Positions 42,719 to 53,778 of a stretch of DNA of 64,000 nucleotides are shown here, in pieces (the stretch's first letter is position 1; each line of letters opens with the position of its first letter). Origin of the DNA: a bacterium (lineage in GTDB: Bacteria > Patescibacteriota > Saccharimonadia > Saccharimonadales > SZUA-47); NCBI GenBank assembly GCA_030427125.1, contig JAUHXF010000002.1, forward strand, positions 12,248 through 76,247, written 5' to 3'. Both the position numbers and the translations under genes were made by a program. Below the pieces are notes generated by a model, which did not search any database, was not told the origin of the DNA, and worked only from the letters and a program-made list of their open reading frames with translations.

Positions 42719-45529
42719 ATGTCTGAGGTAATAAAAGTTCAGGGTGCAAGAGAGCATAACCTGAAAGATGTTGATATTGAGCTACCAAGAAATAGTCTCG
42801 TAGTCATAACTGGATTAAGTGGTTCCGGGAAATCGTCACTTGCATTCGATACTATTTATGCGGAAGGGCAGCGTCGATATGTTGAGTCATTGAGCGCCTA
42901 CGCTCGTCAGTTCTTGGGGCTTATGGAGAAACCAGATGTTGATTACATCGAAGGCCTAAGCCCAGCAATCTCAATAGACCAGAAATCAACAAGTCGCAAC
43001 CCTCGATCCACTGTCGCGACCGTGACCGAAATCTACGATTACCTACGATTATTGTATGCGCGAGTTGGCGTGCCGCACGGACCAGATGGCGAGCCTATCC
43101 AGACAATGACTGCACAAGACATTTCTGATGGCGTGCAGCGCCTACCAGAAGGACATCGACTTATGGTGCTCGCACCTGTCGTAATTGACAAGAAAGGCGA
43201 GCACGCACACATCCCAGAGCTGTACACACGCCAAGGATATGCACGTGTCAGAGTTGATGGTGTCGTCTACAGTCTCGAAGAGTTCCCAGAGCTAGACAAG
43301 AAGTATAAGCACACTATTGAAGTTGTTGTTGATCGGGTTGTAAACAACGAAGATCAAACAAGCCGCATTTTCCAGGCAGTCGAGAACGCATTGCAGCTAG
43401 CTGACGGGCAGTTGCGTGTCCTTGACGCGGACGACAATGATAAAATTCATCGTTTCTCGCAAAAATACTACAACCCGGACTACCCAGATTTCGTTGCGCC
43501 AGAAATGGAGCCGCGAACATTTAGCTTCAACAGTCCACACGGGGCATGTCCAACCTGTACAGGTCTCGGTAATCGTTTAGAGGTTGACCCTGAGCTTGTG
43601 TTGCCCAACGGCAAACTGACAATTGCTGAAGGAGCAATCCGGCCGTACAATCGGATGGCGCCAGACGCGTGGAATATGAAAAAGATGGCTGCTGTGGCGG
43701 AACGTTATAATTTCTCGATTCACGTGCCAACGTCAGAGCTAAGAGAAAGTGACCTAGAGAAAATTCTCTATGGAACAGGGAAAGAGAAGTTTTCTGTTGC
43801 ACTGGGAAGTGGACGGTTCTTTGACACGACCTATGAGGGTGTAATACCGAATCTTGAGCGACGGCATAAAGAAACTGATAGTGACTTCATGCGACGAGAG
43901 ATTGAGCGATTTATGGTTGAGCGTCCATGTCATGTGTGTCACGGGAAAAGGCTGAAGCCTGAAGTGCTAGCTGTAACTTTTAAGAAAAAGTCCATCATGG
44001 ATATTTGTGAATTGCCGGTGTCCGAGGCGACAAAACTTTTTGCCGAGTTTAAGCTTACAGCTACGGAACAAACTATCGCAAAGCAGATTTTTAAAGAGAT
44101 AAATGAACGATTAGGGTTTCTCGACCAAGTTGGGTTAGGCTATCTGACGCTATCACGGAGCGCGAGTACATTGTCGGGTGGTGAAGCGCAACGAATTCGT
44201 CTGGCAACGCAGATTGGATCAGGTCTGCAAGGAGTGCTGTATGTCCTCGACGAGCCGTCAATCGGCCTACATCAACGAGATAATGAGAAGTTAATACAGA
44301 CATTGAAGCGATTAAAAGAACTTGGCAATACGGTATTGGTAGTTGAACATGACGAAGAGACTATCAGGACAGCTGATTATTTGGTAGACATCGGTCCTGG
44401 GGCAGGTGTGCATGGTGGTGAAGTCGTTGCACAAGGTACTCCTGATGAAGTCGCAAAAAACAAAAAGAGCATTACCGGTTCGTATTTACGGGGCGAAACA
44501 GTGGTTGAAGTGCCAAAAACTCGTCGTAAAGGTTCTGGGAAATCTGTCAAAGTTGTCGGTGCTCGAGAACACAACCTCAGAAGTATTGATGTAGAGTTCC
44601 CGCTTGGCAAGATGATTGTGGTGAGTGGCGTGAGTGGGTCAGGAAAAAGTACCTTAGTAAATGATATTTTGGCGAAAGAACTACATGTACGACTGAATCG
44701 AGCACACGAGGCAGTTGGTCGGCATGATGATATGCAGGGTATCGACAATCTCGATAAAGTTATTATTATTGACCAATCTCCAATTGGGAGAACGCCTCGC
44801 TCAAATCCTGCAACGTATGTTGGGCTGTTCACGCCAATTCGTGAGCTATTCGCAAGTACACCAGAGGCGAAAATACGCGGCTACAAAGCTGGCCGGTTTA
44901 GTTTCAATGTCCGTGGTGGACGGTGTGAAAATTGTCAGGGTGATGGCGTCATAAAAATTGAAATGCATTTCCTGCCTGACGTTTTTGTACCGTGCGAAGT
45001 CTGTAAAGGTAAACGCTATAATCGCGAGGCATTGGAGATTCACTATAAAGGAAAAACAGTCGCCGATATTCTTGCGATGACCGTCGAGCAAGCGCATGAG
45101 TTTTTCAAGAATCAGCCGTCAATTTTCCGAAAGCTTGATACGTTGATGCAGGTTGGACTCGGATACATGACACTAGGACAGTCAGCCACGACATTGTCAG
45201 GGGGTGAGGCGCAACGCGTGAAGCTAGCGACTGAACTTTCAAAACGGTCGACCGGACGTACATTATATGTTCTCGACGAACCAACTACTGGTTTGCACAT
45301 GGACGATGTGAAGCGTCTGATGAAAGTTTTACATGCCCTTGTCGATACGGGTAATAGTATGGTGATTATTGAGCATAACCTAGATGTTATTAAATCGGCT
45401 GATCACATTATTGATATGGGGCCAGAAGGTGGCTCCGGTGGTGGTACGGTGGTTGCAGAAGGTACACCGGAGCAGGTCTCAAAGAGTAAAGATTCATTCA
45501 CTGGTCAATTTCTTAAGTCAGTGCTGTGA
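42719..45529 (+). CDS. uvrA: excinuclease ABC subunit A
   Basis: [31 protein letters not shown], two LSGGEAQR signatures, zinc fingers. Confidence 0.99.
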   Translation: MSEVIKVQGAREHNLKDVDIELPRNSLVVITGLSGSGKSSLAFDTIYAEGQRRYVESLSAYARQFLGLMEKPDVDYIEGLSPAISIDQKSTSRNPRSTVATVTEIYDYLRLLYARVGVPHGPDGEPIQTMTAQDISDGVQRLPEGHRLMVLAPVVIDKKGEHAHIPELYTRQGYARVRVDGVVYSLEEFPELDKKYKHTIEVVVDRVVNNEDQTSRIFQAVENALQLADGQLRVLDADDNDKIHRFSQKYYNPDYPDFVAPEMEPRTFSFNSPHGACPTCTGLGNRLEVDPELVLPNGKLTIAEGAIRPYNRMAPDAWNMKKMAAVAERYNFSIHVPTSELRESDLEKILYGTGKEKFSVALGSGRFFDTTYEGVIPNLERRHKETDSDFMRREIERFMVERPCHVCHGKRLKPEVLAVTFKKKSIMDICELPVSEATKLFAEFKLTATEQTIAKQIFKEINERLGFLDQVGLGYLTLSRSASTLSGGEAQRIRLATQIGSGLQGVLYVLDEPSIGLHQRDNEKLIQTLKRLKELGNTVLVVEHDEETIRTADYLVDIGPGAGVHGGEVVAQGTPDEVAKNKKSITGSYLRGETVVEVPKTRRKGSGKSVKVVGAREHNLRSIDVEFPLGKMIVVSGVSGSGKSTLVNDILAKELHVRLNRAHEAVGRHDDMQGIDNLDKVIIIDQSPIGRTPRSNPATYVGLFTPIRELFASTPEAKIRGYKAGRFSFNVRGGRCENCQGDGVIKIEMHFLPDVFVPCEVCKGKRYNREALEIHYKGKTVADILAMTVEQAHEFFKNQPSIFRKLDTLMQVGLGYMTLGQSATTLSGGEAQRVKLATELSKRSTGRTLYVLDEPTTGLHMDDVKRLMKVLHALVDTGNSMVIIEHNLDVIKSADHIIDMGPEGGSGGGTVVAEGTPEQVSKSKDSFTGQFLKSVL

Positions 45530-45885
45530 AAGCGATACTTCGGGAGAATTTAGAAATAATTGATGCCGATTCAAGCGATGCTTTGAAGGCGGCCCAGGCT
45601 AATGTCTGTACTTCTGTAGCATCTAGTCTATGTTTTGCTAGTGGATTTGATGAGCAGAGTGTGGGAGCGCTAGAAGAAACAGCTGCTTGTGTTAGTGATT
45701 GGCTCGTGCCTGTTCTTGGACACACACCATCAGTTGTCGAAGTAAGCGTTGAAGCCTTGCGGAATGAACGTGATAGGCGTATAAGAGACTGGCCGGATAA
45801 TACATACCATCGATATGTGCACCCTCTGCGTTTGCGTATGCAGGCGAGTTTACTCATCGCAAGATATGGCAAAACAGCAGACTAG
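45526..45885 (+). CDS. hypothetical protein
   Basis: GTGA overlap with the uvrA stop; no motif. Confidence 0.4.
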   Translation: MKAILRENLEIIDADSSDALKAAQANVCTSVASSLCFASGFDEQSVGALEETAACVSDWLVPVLGHTPSVVEVSVEALRNERDRRIRDWPDNTYHRYVHPLRLRMQASLLIARYGKTAD

Positions 45886-45949
45886 TACTACCAGAGGTTA
45901 ATCTGGTATAATATAGTAAAGTTAAGTCATAATGTAAGGAATAGACGGC

Positions 45950-46609
45950 ATGTCCGACAGTATTGTATTAGAAGCGCAAAAGCGTGAAGTAACAGGGAAA
46001 AAAGTAAAAGCACTACGTGCTGAAGGTCTCGTGCCAGCTACGGTTTATCAAAAAGGTAAGGACCCGGTTAGCGTACAAGTTTCATATCAACCATTTGTGA
46101 AGGCGTATGCGCAGGCAGGTCTTGGTCAGCCTGTTGAGCTGCAGGTTGATGGTGAAAAGCGACTAACTATGATTAAGGACGTTGCCATTGATCCTGTTAA
46201 AAATACAGTAACGCACGTCGCATTTCATGCCGTACGAGCCGACCGTGTTGTTGAAGCTGAAATTCCAGTTCACATCGAAGGTGACATCCCAGCTGAGGCG
46301 AAGGGTAACTTCGTGGTTCGACCTAATGATCACGTTGTTGTGAAGGCGATTCCAGCTAAACTACCAGAATCTTTTGAGGTTAGTGGTGAAAAACTACAAG
46401 AAGCAGGTGACGCAATCACTGTTGCCGATATTACCATGCCAGCGGACGTTGAAATGGTTTCTGAATCAGAGTTACAGCTAGCAGTTGCTGAAGAGCCGCG
46501 TGTTGTTGAAGAGCCAGAAGAGGAAGAAGTTGTAGATGCTGCAGACGTGCCTGCTGATAACGGTGGCGATTCTTCTGACGAAAAAGCAGAAGAATCTAGC
46601 GAAGAGTAA
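45950..46609 (+). CDS. rplY: 50S ribosomal protein L25/Ctc
   Basis: R...GKKVKALRAEG.VPA.VY, HVAFHAV, EIPVH..G, LPE, acidic tail. Confidence 0.93.
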   Translation: MSDSIVLEAQKREVTGKKVKALRAEGLVPATVYQKGKDPVSVQVSYQPFVKAYAQAGLGQPVELQVDGEKRLTMIKDVAIDPVKNTVTHVAFHAVRADRVVEAEIPVHIEGDIPAEAKGNFVVRPNDHVVVKAIPAKLPESFEVSGEKLQEAGDAITVADITMPADVEMVSESELQLAVAEEPRVVEEPEEEEVVDAADVPADNGGDSSDEKAEESSEE

Positions 46610-46645
46610 GACGGTGGGCCCGCGCATAATTAATGCGGGAGAGCG

Positions 46646-46942
46646 GTGATGTCTGGCAGGGAGGTTGTTACACCTCGCTACCGAGAGCGACTGAATGAAC
46701 TTAGTGAGCCTCATCGTTCTGTAGCTTGGAAAGAATTTGAAGCAATCCTGCCAAATTATGGCATTGATAGCAACCTTCTTCCAATTGGATACGGAGAAGC
46801 GTGGTATGGTCCAATGGATGAAATTGCAACAGCGACCATTACGATGTTGCCGGCAGGTGTCGATTTAACGACATTGGATAGGATAGCTGAAGTTTCAGTG
46901 TGGGCGGCAAATAAACTTATACCTCGAATAACTACAGATTAA
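46646..46942 (+). CDS. hypothetical protein
   Basis: GGGAG RBS, 98-aa ORF converging on the ABC gene. Confidence 0.45.
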   Translation: MMSGREVVTPRYRERLNELSEPHRSVAWKEFEAILPNYGIDSNLLPIGYGEAWYGPMDEIATATITMLPAGVDLTTLDRIAEVSVWAANKLIPRITTD

Positions 46943-48720
46943 TCCTGCAAAAATCCACCTGACTGATGCGACCAAAGCTTTGCGTAATGGCCTTTTTTCT
47001 TTATTAACTCTGCATGTGAGCCTTCTTCAAGAATCTTTCCGTTATCAAGTACGATAATTCTATCCATCTTTTGAATGGTGCTTAATCGGTGCGCAATGAC
47101 AATTGCAGTTCGACCTTTCATGAGCCGCCACAGTGCATCTTGAATGAGTTGTTCGCTCTCTGAATCTAATGCTGATGTCGCCTCGTCGAGAATTAGTATT
47201 GGAGCATCTTTCAACAGGGCTCTTGCAATTGCGACACGTTGTTTCTGGCCACCTGAAAGCTTTACGCCTCTTTCACCTACCAGTGTCTTGTAGTCATCCT
47301 CAAGTGTCTGTATGAACTCATGCGCGTTGGCATTTTTAGCGGCTTTTTCTATATCTTTTTTACTTGCTCCCGGTTTACCGTAGGCGATGTTTTCGTCTAG
47401 TCCACGATGAAAGAGCAACGGCTCTTGTGGTACGTATGATATGACACTGCGCAAAGTATCTTGTGTGAGGTCGCGTACGTCAATCCCGCCAATCATTAGA
47501 GACCCGTCATCAATGTCTTTGAAGCGAAGCAATAGGCTAGTAAGCGTTGTTTTGCCTGAACCAGAGTGTCCAACAAGACCAATTGTTTCACCGGGTTTGA
47601 TTTGCAGATTAAAATTCTCGAACAGTGCTTCATTTTCATGCTGAAAATATATGCTATTGAAAGAGATAACTGGATTAGTTTTGATAAGCTTCTTGTGATC
47701 GATCTTCTTTGGGTTTTTAGGGTCTAGTACGGTTGGTTTGCGCAGTAGTGTAAGGGTCGCTTCGCTTGCATCGCCAAATCCACGGTTGAGGTTTTTTAAG
47801 CCGCTTTGTGCAAAATCCCATAGTCGAACAGTTATATTATTTGTGTAATACATAACAAGCAGTACAATGCCAACCTCAGCATCATAGACGACAACACTGA
47901 GTGTCGCTAATGTCAGAGCTGCAACCATGATGCTGGTCGTAACGCCGCCAAAGATTGCTTCGCGCACGAGACTAATGCGCATTAAGCGGTTAATAGAATG
48001 ACGAACATCAATCGTCACATCTTCATACCGCTCAGTCTCAAATTTGCTAGCTGAGAAGCCTTTTACCGCCATGACATTTGTTACCATATCGGCAAGATAG
48101 CCGGTTTGCTTGTTCTCTTTCGCAGCGACGACTTTGTGTTGGTCACGAACTTTCTTGGTCGCTTTTAAAGCCACGGTTATGTATAAGAGTGACAGCGCAA
48201 ACAAAGCGACAACAAGGTATGGAACTTCTCGCCACAATACAAATGCTGCCGCAATAAACATAATGAGCAAGGTGTAAAACTGAAATATAAAAGTTTCGTA
48301 AATACGGAAGAATGATCCGATGAATTTATTGGTGCGAGATACAAGCGAACCTCCGAATGAATTTGCATGAAAGTCCGCATCAAGTGAAGCAAGGTGGTTA
48401 AATATTGTCTGATGCATATCCTGTACTGCAAACATTTCCATTTTCCATGCGAAGTAAATAGCAATACGCCATATAATCGTTCCGCCAATTATGATGAATG
48501 CAGCATACAACAATAAGTCTACGCCGAAGCTACCTAATAAGTCACCACTTGTGAAGTCTCCTGAAGCCAGACGGTTTAGAATCTCAGCTGCAATTATAGG
48601 TGGAATAACTTGATGGATGATGATTGCGAACGGCAAAGAGAATAGAAGTCCAAGTGTGAAAAACTTGTATTCCCAAACATGTTGCCAGTAAATGCGCAGC
48701 GTTGCGCGGTTGGTACTCAT
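46939..48720 (-). CDS. ABC exporter, fused permease/ATPase (MsbA/MdlB-like)
   Basis: TM domain plus GHSGSGKT, LSGGQKQR, ILDEATSALD, IAHRLST; start set at ATG 48720. Confidence 0.95.
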   Translation of the reverse strand: MSTNRATLRIYWQHVWEYKFFTLGLLFSLPFAIIIHQVIPPIIAAEILNRLASGDFTSGDLLGSFGVDLLLYAAFIIIGGTIIWRIAIYFAWKMEMFAVQDMHQTIFNHLASLDADFHANSFGGSLVSRTNKFIGSFFRIYETFIFQFYTLLIMFIAAAFVLWREVPYLVVALFALSLLYITVALKATKKVRDQHKVVAAKENKQTGYLADMVTNVMAVKGFSASKFETERYEDVTIDVRHSINRLMRISLVREAIFGGVTTSIMVAALTLATLSVVVYDAEVGIVLLVMYYTNNITVRLWDFAQSGLKNLNRGFGDASEATLTLLRKPTVLDPKNPKKIDHKKLIKTNPVISFNSIYFQHENEALFENFNLQIKPGETIGLVGHSGSGKTTLTSLLLRFKDIDDGSLMIGGIDVRDLTQDTLRSVISYVPQEPLLFHRGLDENIAYGKPGASKKDIEKAAKNANAHEFIQTLEDDYKTLVGERGVKLSGGQKQRVAIARALLKDAPILILDEATSALDSESEQLIQDALWRLMKGRTAIVIAHRLSTIQKMDRIIVLDNGKILEEGSHAELIKKKGHYAKLWSHQSGGFLQD

Positions 48721-48914
48721 AGCTCTTTTCTCGTTTTTGTATTGGACCGACTGGCTCAGTCGTTCATGCAAGAATTTATTTGTCGGTATACAATAGCGCT
48801 TTAAAATTCAAAACGCAAGCTAAAAAACATCTCTGTGAGAAAAATCACAAAGAAGAACTCCCTACAAAAGGAGGGAAAACAGTGGTAGACTGACAGGGTA
48901 ACGAAAGAATTTCA

Positions 48915-50816
48915 TTGGAACAAAATCCATTTCAAAACAATTCAGAATCAGATGATAATGACTGGGAAGTAAGCCCTGAAGATCTTGAAATGGATGATGA
49001 TTCTGAAGAGAAAGAATCTCCAAAGAAACGTAGTTTATTTGAGACAGCAAAAGAACGAACTGAGCGCGAGGAAGAAGAGACCGAAGAAAAGAAGAGTATC
49101 TTTGAGAAGCTGTTAACAGGAGACGAAGAAAAAGACACTGAAGAATCCACAGAAGATGACCCGGTTGAGGGAGGTTTTCTAAACCCAGGAGTGCCAGAAG
49201 AGCCACTTGTCGAAAGTATGCCGGCGACACCTGAAGAAGTAACAAGTGAATTTGAGAGTGTAGTTGAGGGTAGGATCGAACAGGTTGATTCTGAAATTGT
49301 GCAAGAATCTGAACCAACACGCGTTGGTGAGCTGCTTGCCGAGTCGAGTTTACTAGAGGATGTCGTCGACAAAATTGATGAAGGTCAGGATCCTGTTAAT
49401 GCTATCGAGAATGCCACTGAAGAAGCTCTAGAAAATCCAATTCCCGATGCAGGAGTGGAAGAAGTTGTTACTGAAACGCAAGCTCCTGACGCAGAAGTGT
49501 ATTCACCGGATTCCATAGCACCTGTAAGCGAAGCACCTGTACTGAATCCACTAGAGGCTGCCGAAGATGACGAATCAACGAGTACGCGATTACCGACGCC
49601 TCCTCTTGTCGACCCACCGAGCCCAATGCCACCTGTCCCGACGGCTGCAGAACTACACGCTTATGCTTCCACTGAATCCAGCAGCATGTCTACCGACGAA
49701 GAACTAGAGCCAATGAATGATAGTTACAATCGAGACCCTAAAACTGGCAAAGTAATTGCAGCTGGAATAGTAGGTTACGCGCTCGGTAGGCGTGGAGGGA
49801 GAAAGCGTACAGAGGAAAAGCTACAACCAGTTATTAACCAGCAAGAAAGAACCATTGACGATTTAACTGACCAATTAGACACAAGTGAAGAAGCGGTACG
49901 TAAAGCTGCCGCTACTCAACAAGAGAACGAGAAGAAACTTCGCGAGCAGCAAGAGCACGCAACAGCCTATCAGAATGACCAAGAAAAAATTCAAGAAGAA
50001 ATTCAAGCAGCTCATGCAGAAACGATGAAACAAGAAAAAGCTGAATTTGAAGAGCGAGAGAAGCAGCTTGAATCTGAACTGGATCAAGAGGTGCAATTAC
50101 GCGAAGAGGCAGAACGAGTTGCGACTGAAGCACAGCAGGAAGAAGAGATTGTAAAGTTGCGAGAGCAGCAAGCAGCTCAACAAGAATTCGATGAAGTAGC
50201 AGTAGTACAGAATCGAGCTGATATCGAGGCAGAAAAACGCCAAGAAAAGGCAAAAACAGCGGCTTTCGCAGAGCAAAAAGCTAAAGAAAAAGCACGACTG
50301 CAAGAAACGAAGCGCGAAATTGATGCCAATCAGTTACCGCTCCATAAAGTACTCGAAATTGCAGAATTCATACCAATGCGTGGTGATATGAATCTACGGC
50401 AGCTGTACGAATCAAGACGTATAGACGCAGTGAATTTACGTCGCGTGGTTAACGAATTCAATCGTGGTGGAAACTTTGAAAAGACATTAGATACGTCACT
50501 CGAGGCGGTTGAACTGCGCAGTGAGCTGAAACACGAGATTAAGCAGGACACTTCGCAATACAAGACACCAGAAAAAGCTGCACATAGCGTGGTTGATGGG
50601 ATTATTGCTGCAACTGGAGGAGACCCAAACATTGTTGGTCAGCCATCGACTTCAGATGCTACTGGCACAAGCGCGCTCTCGGCTAGCGACGAGCCAGTGA
50701 TCATTACGACGGAAGAGCCAGGATTGGTGATATCAAACGGAACTGCAATCGTGCTTGGTATTTTGGCAGGTATCGTCGTCGTATTACTCATCTTACTCTA
50801 CTCTGGCGTGTTTTAA
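48915..50816 (+). CDS. acidic, coiled-coil protein with C-terminal membrane anchor
   Basis: Very E/D-rich N-half, Pro-rich linker, IAAGIVGYALGRRGGRKR motif, long coiled coil, C-terminal TM. Confidence 0.75.
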   Translation: MEQNPFQNNSESDDNDWEVSPEDLEMDDDSEEKESPKKRSLFETAKERTEREEEETEEKKSIFEKLLTGDEEKDTEESTEDDPVEGGFLNPGVPEEPLVESMPATPEEVTSEFESVVEGRIEQVDSEIVQESEPTRVGELLAESSLLEDVVDKIDEGQDPVNAIENATEEALENPIPDAGVEEVVTETQAPDAEVYSPDSIAPVSEAPVLNPLEAAEDDESTSTRLPTPPLVDPPSPMPPVPTAAELHAYASTESSSMSTDEELEPMNDSYNRDPKTGKVIAAGIVGYALGRRGGRKRTEEKLQPVINQQERTIDDLTDQLDTSEEAVRKAAATQQENEKKLREQQEHATAYQNDQEKIQEEIQAAHAETMKQEKAEFEEREKQLESELDQEVQLREEAERVATEAQQEEEIVKLREQQAAQQEFDEVAVVQNRADIEAEKRQEKAKTAAFAEQKAKEKARLQETKREIDANQLPLHKVLEIAEFIPMRGDMNLRQLYESRRIDAVNLRRVVNEFNRGGNFEKTLDTSLEAVELRSELKHEIKQDTSQYKTPEKAAHSVVDGIIAATGGDPNIVGQPSTSDATGTSALSASDEPVIITTEEPGLVISNGTAIVLGILAGIVVVLLILLYSGVF

Positions 50817-50852
50817 TTTGCTATACTAGTAGTTCGAATAACAGAGACAACT

Positions 50853-51722
50853 ATGCAGAAAATTATCCTTTATTATAAATTTGTACCAATCAATGATCCT
50901 GATATGACGATGCGCTGGCAACGGGAATTGTGTACGCGTCTGAACTTAAAGGGTCGAATTCTGATTAGTCCACACGGGATTAATGGGACATTGGGTGGTG
51001 ACAAACATAATCTAGAACTCTACAAGCGAGCTATGAGTGATACCGATCAGTTCAAAAATATTGTCTACAAATGGTCAGACGGTGGCACTGAGCATTTTCC
51101 TAAGTTGAAGGTAAAAGTGAAACCAGAAATTGTTGCCTTTGATGCAGCAGATGAGATTGTCGTCAGCGAAAAAGGTATAGAAAATGGCGGTAAGCACCTT
51201 AAGCCTGCAGCGCTGCACAAGATGCTTGAAGAAAAGAAACAAAACGGTGAAGAGGTAATTTTCTATGATGGCCGCAATATGTACGAGGCACAAATAGGAA
51301 AGTTTAAAGACACTGTTGTGCCAAAAACAGTCACTTCACGAGACTTCAAAGAAGACATAGAGAAGGGCGAGATTAGTAATCATAAAGATAAGCCGATTGT
51401 CACGTATTGTACGGGTGGTATTCGCTGTGAAATCTTGAGTGCAATGATGAAAAATCGTGGCTATGACGAAGTCTATCAGCTGGATGGTGGCATCGTGAAA
51501 TATGGTGAGAAGTTCAAGGATGAAGGACTGTGGGAAGGTAAATTGTTTGTGTTCGATGATCGAATGCAGATGGGCTTTTCTGACAAAGCCAAGGATATTG
51601 CTACGTGTGAAGAATGTGGTAATAAAACGAGTAATCAAATCAACTCAACAAATGTCCGTAGAAGATTGCATGTAGTCTGCGAGGACTGTGTACGTGAACG
51701 AGAAACTTCAAGCAAAGCTTAA
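50853..51722 (+). CDS. trhO: rhodanese-related tRNA uridine(34) hydroxylase (UPF0176/YceA)
   Basis: LYYKF, LKGRILIS..GINGT, F.KLKVKVK.EIV, DGRN.YE..IG.F, YCTGGIRCE, W.GKLFVFD.R. Confidence 0.9.
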   Translation: MQKIILYYKFVPINDPDMTMRWQRELCTRLNLKGRILISPHGINGTLGGDKHNLELYKRAMSDTDQFKNIVYKWSDGGTEHFPKLKVKVKPEIVAFDAADEIVVSEKGIENGGKHLKPAALHKMLEEKKQNGEEVIFYDGRNMYEAQIGKFKDTVVPKTVTSRDFKEDIEKGEISNHKDKPIVTYCTGGIRCEILSAMMKNRGYDEVYQLDGGIVKYGEKFKDEGLWEGKLFVFDDRMQMGFSDKAKDIATCEECGNKTSNQINSTNVRRRLHVVCEDCVRERETSSKA

Positions 51723-53202
51723 GGACCTGCCCAAAGTCCCTGGTGTTTATTTTCATAAAGACGAAAGCGGCGATGTAATTTATGTTGGCAAGGCTGCTGT
51801 ACTCCGCAACCGGGTAAGACAGTATTTTCAGAAGTCACGTAATCGTGATCCTAAAACTGAAGCTTTAGTTGCAGAAATCCGCGATGTTGAATGGATTGAG
51901 GTTGAGACCGAGCTTGATGCTCTTTTTCTCGAGGCAGAGATGATAAAGCGTTATATGCCTCGCTACAATATATTGCTTCGTGACGACAAGTCTCTGTCTT
52001 TTGTGCGCATTGATATCAAGTCTGACCACCCGACAGTGACGTATACACGGCGCCCGCTTGATGATGGTGCGGAGTACTTTGGTCCCTATTACGAAATGTA
52101 CCAAGTTAAAAAAGCCTTGCGGCTATTACGCAGAATCTTCCCGTATGCAATTACCAAGGAGCAGACGACAATGGGCAGTAAATTATACGAGCAAATCGGT
52201 CTCGATCCTGGGCTCTCTAGTGGTAAAACGGATCTGGAGTCATATCGCAGGAACCTTCGACTGCTCATGTCGTATTTGCGCGGCAATAGAGTGAAAATAG
52301 CTAAAGAAATCGAGAAAGATATGAAAAAGGCTGCAGCTGAGCACGATTTCGAGAAAGCTGCAGCGCTACGGAATAAATTAAACGAGATGCGCTCACTTAA
52401 GAAGCAGATAATTTTCTCTGACCGAGAGTTTATGGATATTAGCAAAGACAAGGGACTTGTAGGGCTAGCTGAGTTGCTTACTATTAACATCCCTAAGCGA
52501 ATTGAGGGTTACGATATCTCGCATCAATCAGGCACGGATAACGTTGCAAGTATGGTGGTGTTCACTAATGGTCTGCCGGATAAAGCGCAGTATCGAAAAT
52601 TCAAGATGCGTATCAAGGGCAATGATGACTTTGCGCACATGAATGAAGTTATTACACGCCGCTTAGGCCCAAAGAATGTATCAAGCTGGGGTAAACCATC
52701 ACTTTTTCTCATTGATGGGGGGAAAGGGCAACTGAAGGCAGCAGTTGAAGCACGCGATAAAGCTGGCTATGTAGATATACCGATGGTGGGCCTAGCGAAG
52801 CGTGAAGAGGAAGTTGTGATACACAAGGAACGTTCGAACGTAAAATTACATGTCAAGAAAGCGTATCATGAGCAGCCAGATATCGTCGTGCAAGAGAGTG
52901 AGGACTTTCAGATAGTACGATTAGGACAGTCCAACCATATTACGAAGCTCTTGCAGCGTATTCGGGATGAATCACACCGCTTTGCCGTCACCTATCACTC
53001 GACATTGAAACTAAATCGTCAGACGACAAGCTGGCTAGATAATGTGCCCGGTATCGGTCCAGCTACCAAGAAAAAGCTCATTAGAACGTTTGGCAGTTCA
53101 AAGGGAGTTTTACAGGCTCGCAAGGATGAGCTAGACAGCTTGTTAGGTGAAAAGAAAGCAGAAATATTACGGCAATATATTAGGGCTGAGAGAAAGCTGT
53201 GA
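51688..53202 (+). CDS. uvrC: excinuclease ABC subunit C
   Basis: GIY-YIG (PGVY...IYVGKA..LR.RV..YF), FEKAA.LR, IEGYDIS, LIDGGKGQL, RDESHRFA, HhH GIGP. Confidence 0.97.
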   Translation: MYVNEKLQAKLKDLPKVPGVYFHKDESGDVIYVGKAAVLRNRVRQYFQKSRNRDPKTEALVAEIRDVEWIEVETELDALFLEAEMIKRYMPRYNILLRDDKSLSFVRIDIKSDHPTVTYTRRPLDDGAEYFGPYYEMYQVKKALRLLRRIFPYAITKEQTTMGSKLYEQIGLDPGLSSGKTDLESYRRNLRLLMSYLRGNRVKIAKEIEKDMKKAAAEHDFEKAAALRNKLNEMRSLKKQIIFSDREFMDISKDKGLVGLAELLTINIPKRIEGYDISHQSGTDNVASMVVFTNGLPDKAQYRKFKMRIKGNDDFAHMNEVITRRLGPKNVSSWGKPSLFLIDGGKGQLKAAVEARDKAGYVDIPMVGLAKREEEVVIHKERSNVKLHVKKAYHEQPDIVVQESEDFQIVRLGQSNHITKLLQRIRDESHRFAVTYHSTLKLNRQTTSWLDNVPGIGPATKKKLIRTFGSSKGVLQARKDELDSLLGEKKAEILRQYIRAERKL

Positions 53203-53704
53203 GGTCTAGCTGACGCAAGTCAAGATGTGTATCCGTGTGCCATTCATTCACCGTGTAGTGAACGGTCTCGTGGTCGCGCAAACCTTCCAAGCATCGTTTC
53301 CGAATACCAATCGCGAGACTCAATAGAGGGTTAAATTCTGCACCATAGTATTCAGCTGCAGTTGTGAGGTAAGGTCGGAGTTGATCTGGAATTCGGCAGT
53401 CTAGTATTGGGTCTTGAGTTTTTCGGTCAACGTATAATTCGTTGGCGGTTGCCAGCAGCTCCGTCATATCAAATACATGAAACTCTTCTTCACCTACAGT
53501 AATTCCATATTCGATAGCTGGCCTCTCATCGGCCTTTTCTGATTCAAGCTCAATAATAAAGCCCCAAAGTCCTACTAATCCTAAGCTACCTTCGACGTAT
53601 TCGATGGCAGTTTCATCGAATTGTTTACCGAGCTCACGCAATTTAATCGCATCTTCTACGCCTAGCTTTACTATATGTGGAACTTCAAATGATATCTCAG
53701 ACAT
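53180..53704 (-). CDS. hypothetical protein (ORFan-like)
   Basis: ORF converging on uvrC; ATG 53704 follows a TACACT -10-like box. Confidence 0.5.
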   Translation of the reverse strand: MSEISFEVPHIVKLGVEDAIKLRELGKQFDETAIEYVEGSLGLVGLWGFIIELESEKADERPAIEYGITVGEEEFHVFDMTELLATANELYVDRKTQDPILDCRIPDQLRPYLTTAAEYYGAEFNPLLSLAIGIRKRCLEGLRDHETVHYTVNEWHTDTHLDLRQLDLTAFSQP

Positions 53705-53778
53705 GTAAGCTTGAAGTGTACAATGTTGATAACTACTAAACAAAAGCGGATTGCAGGCAGCTGCTATACTCGACGTAT

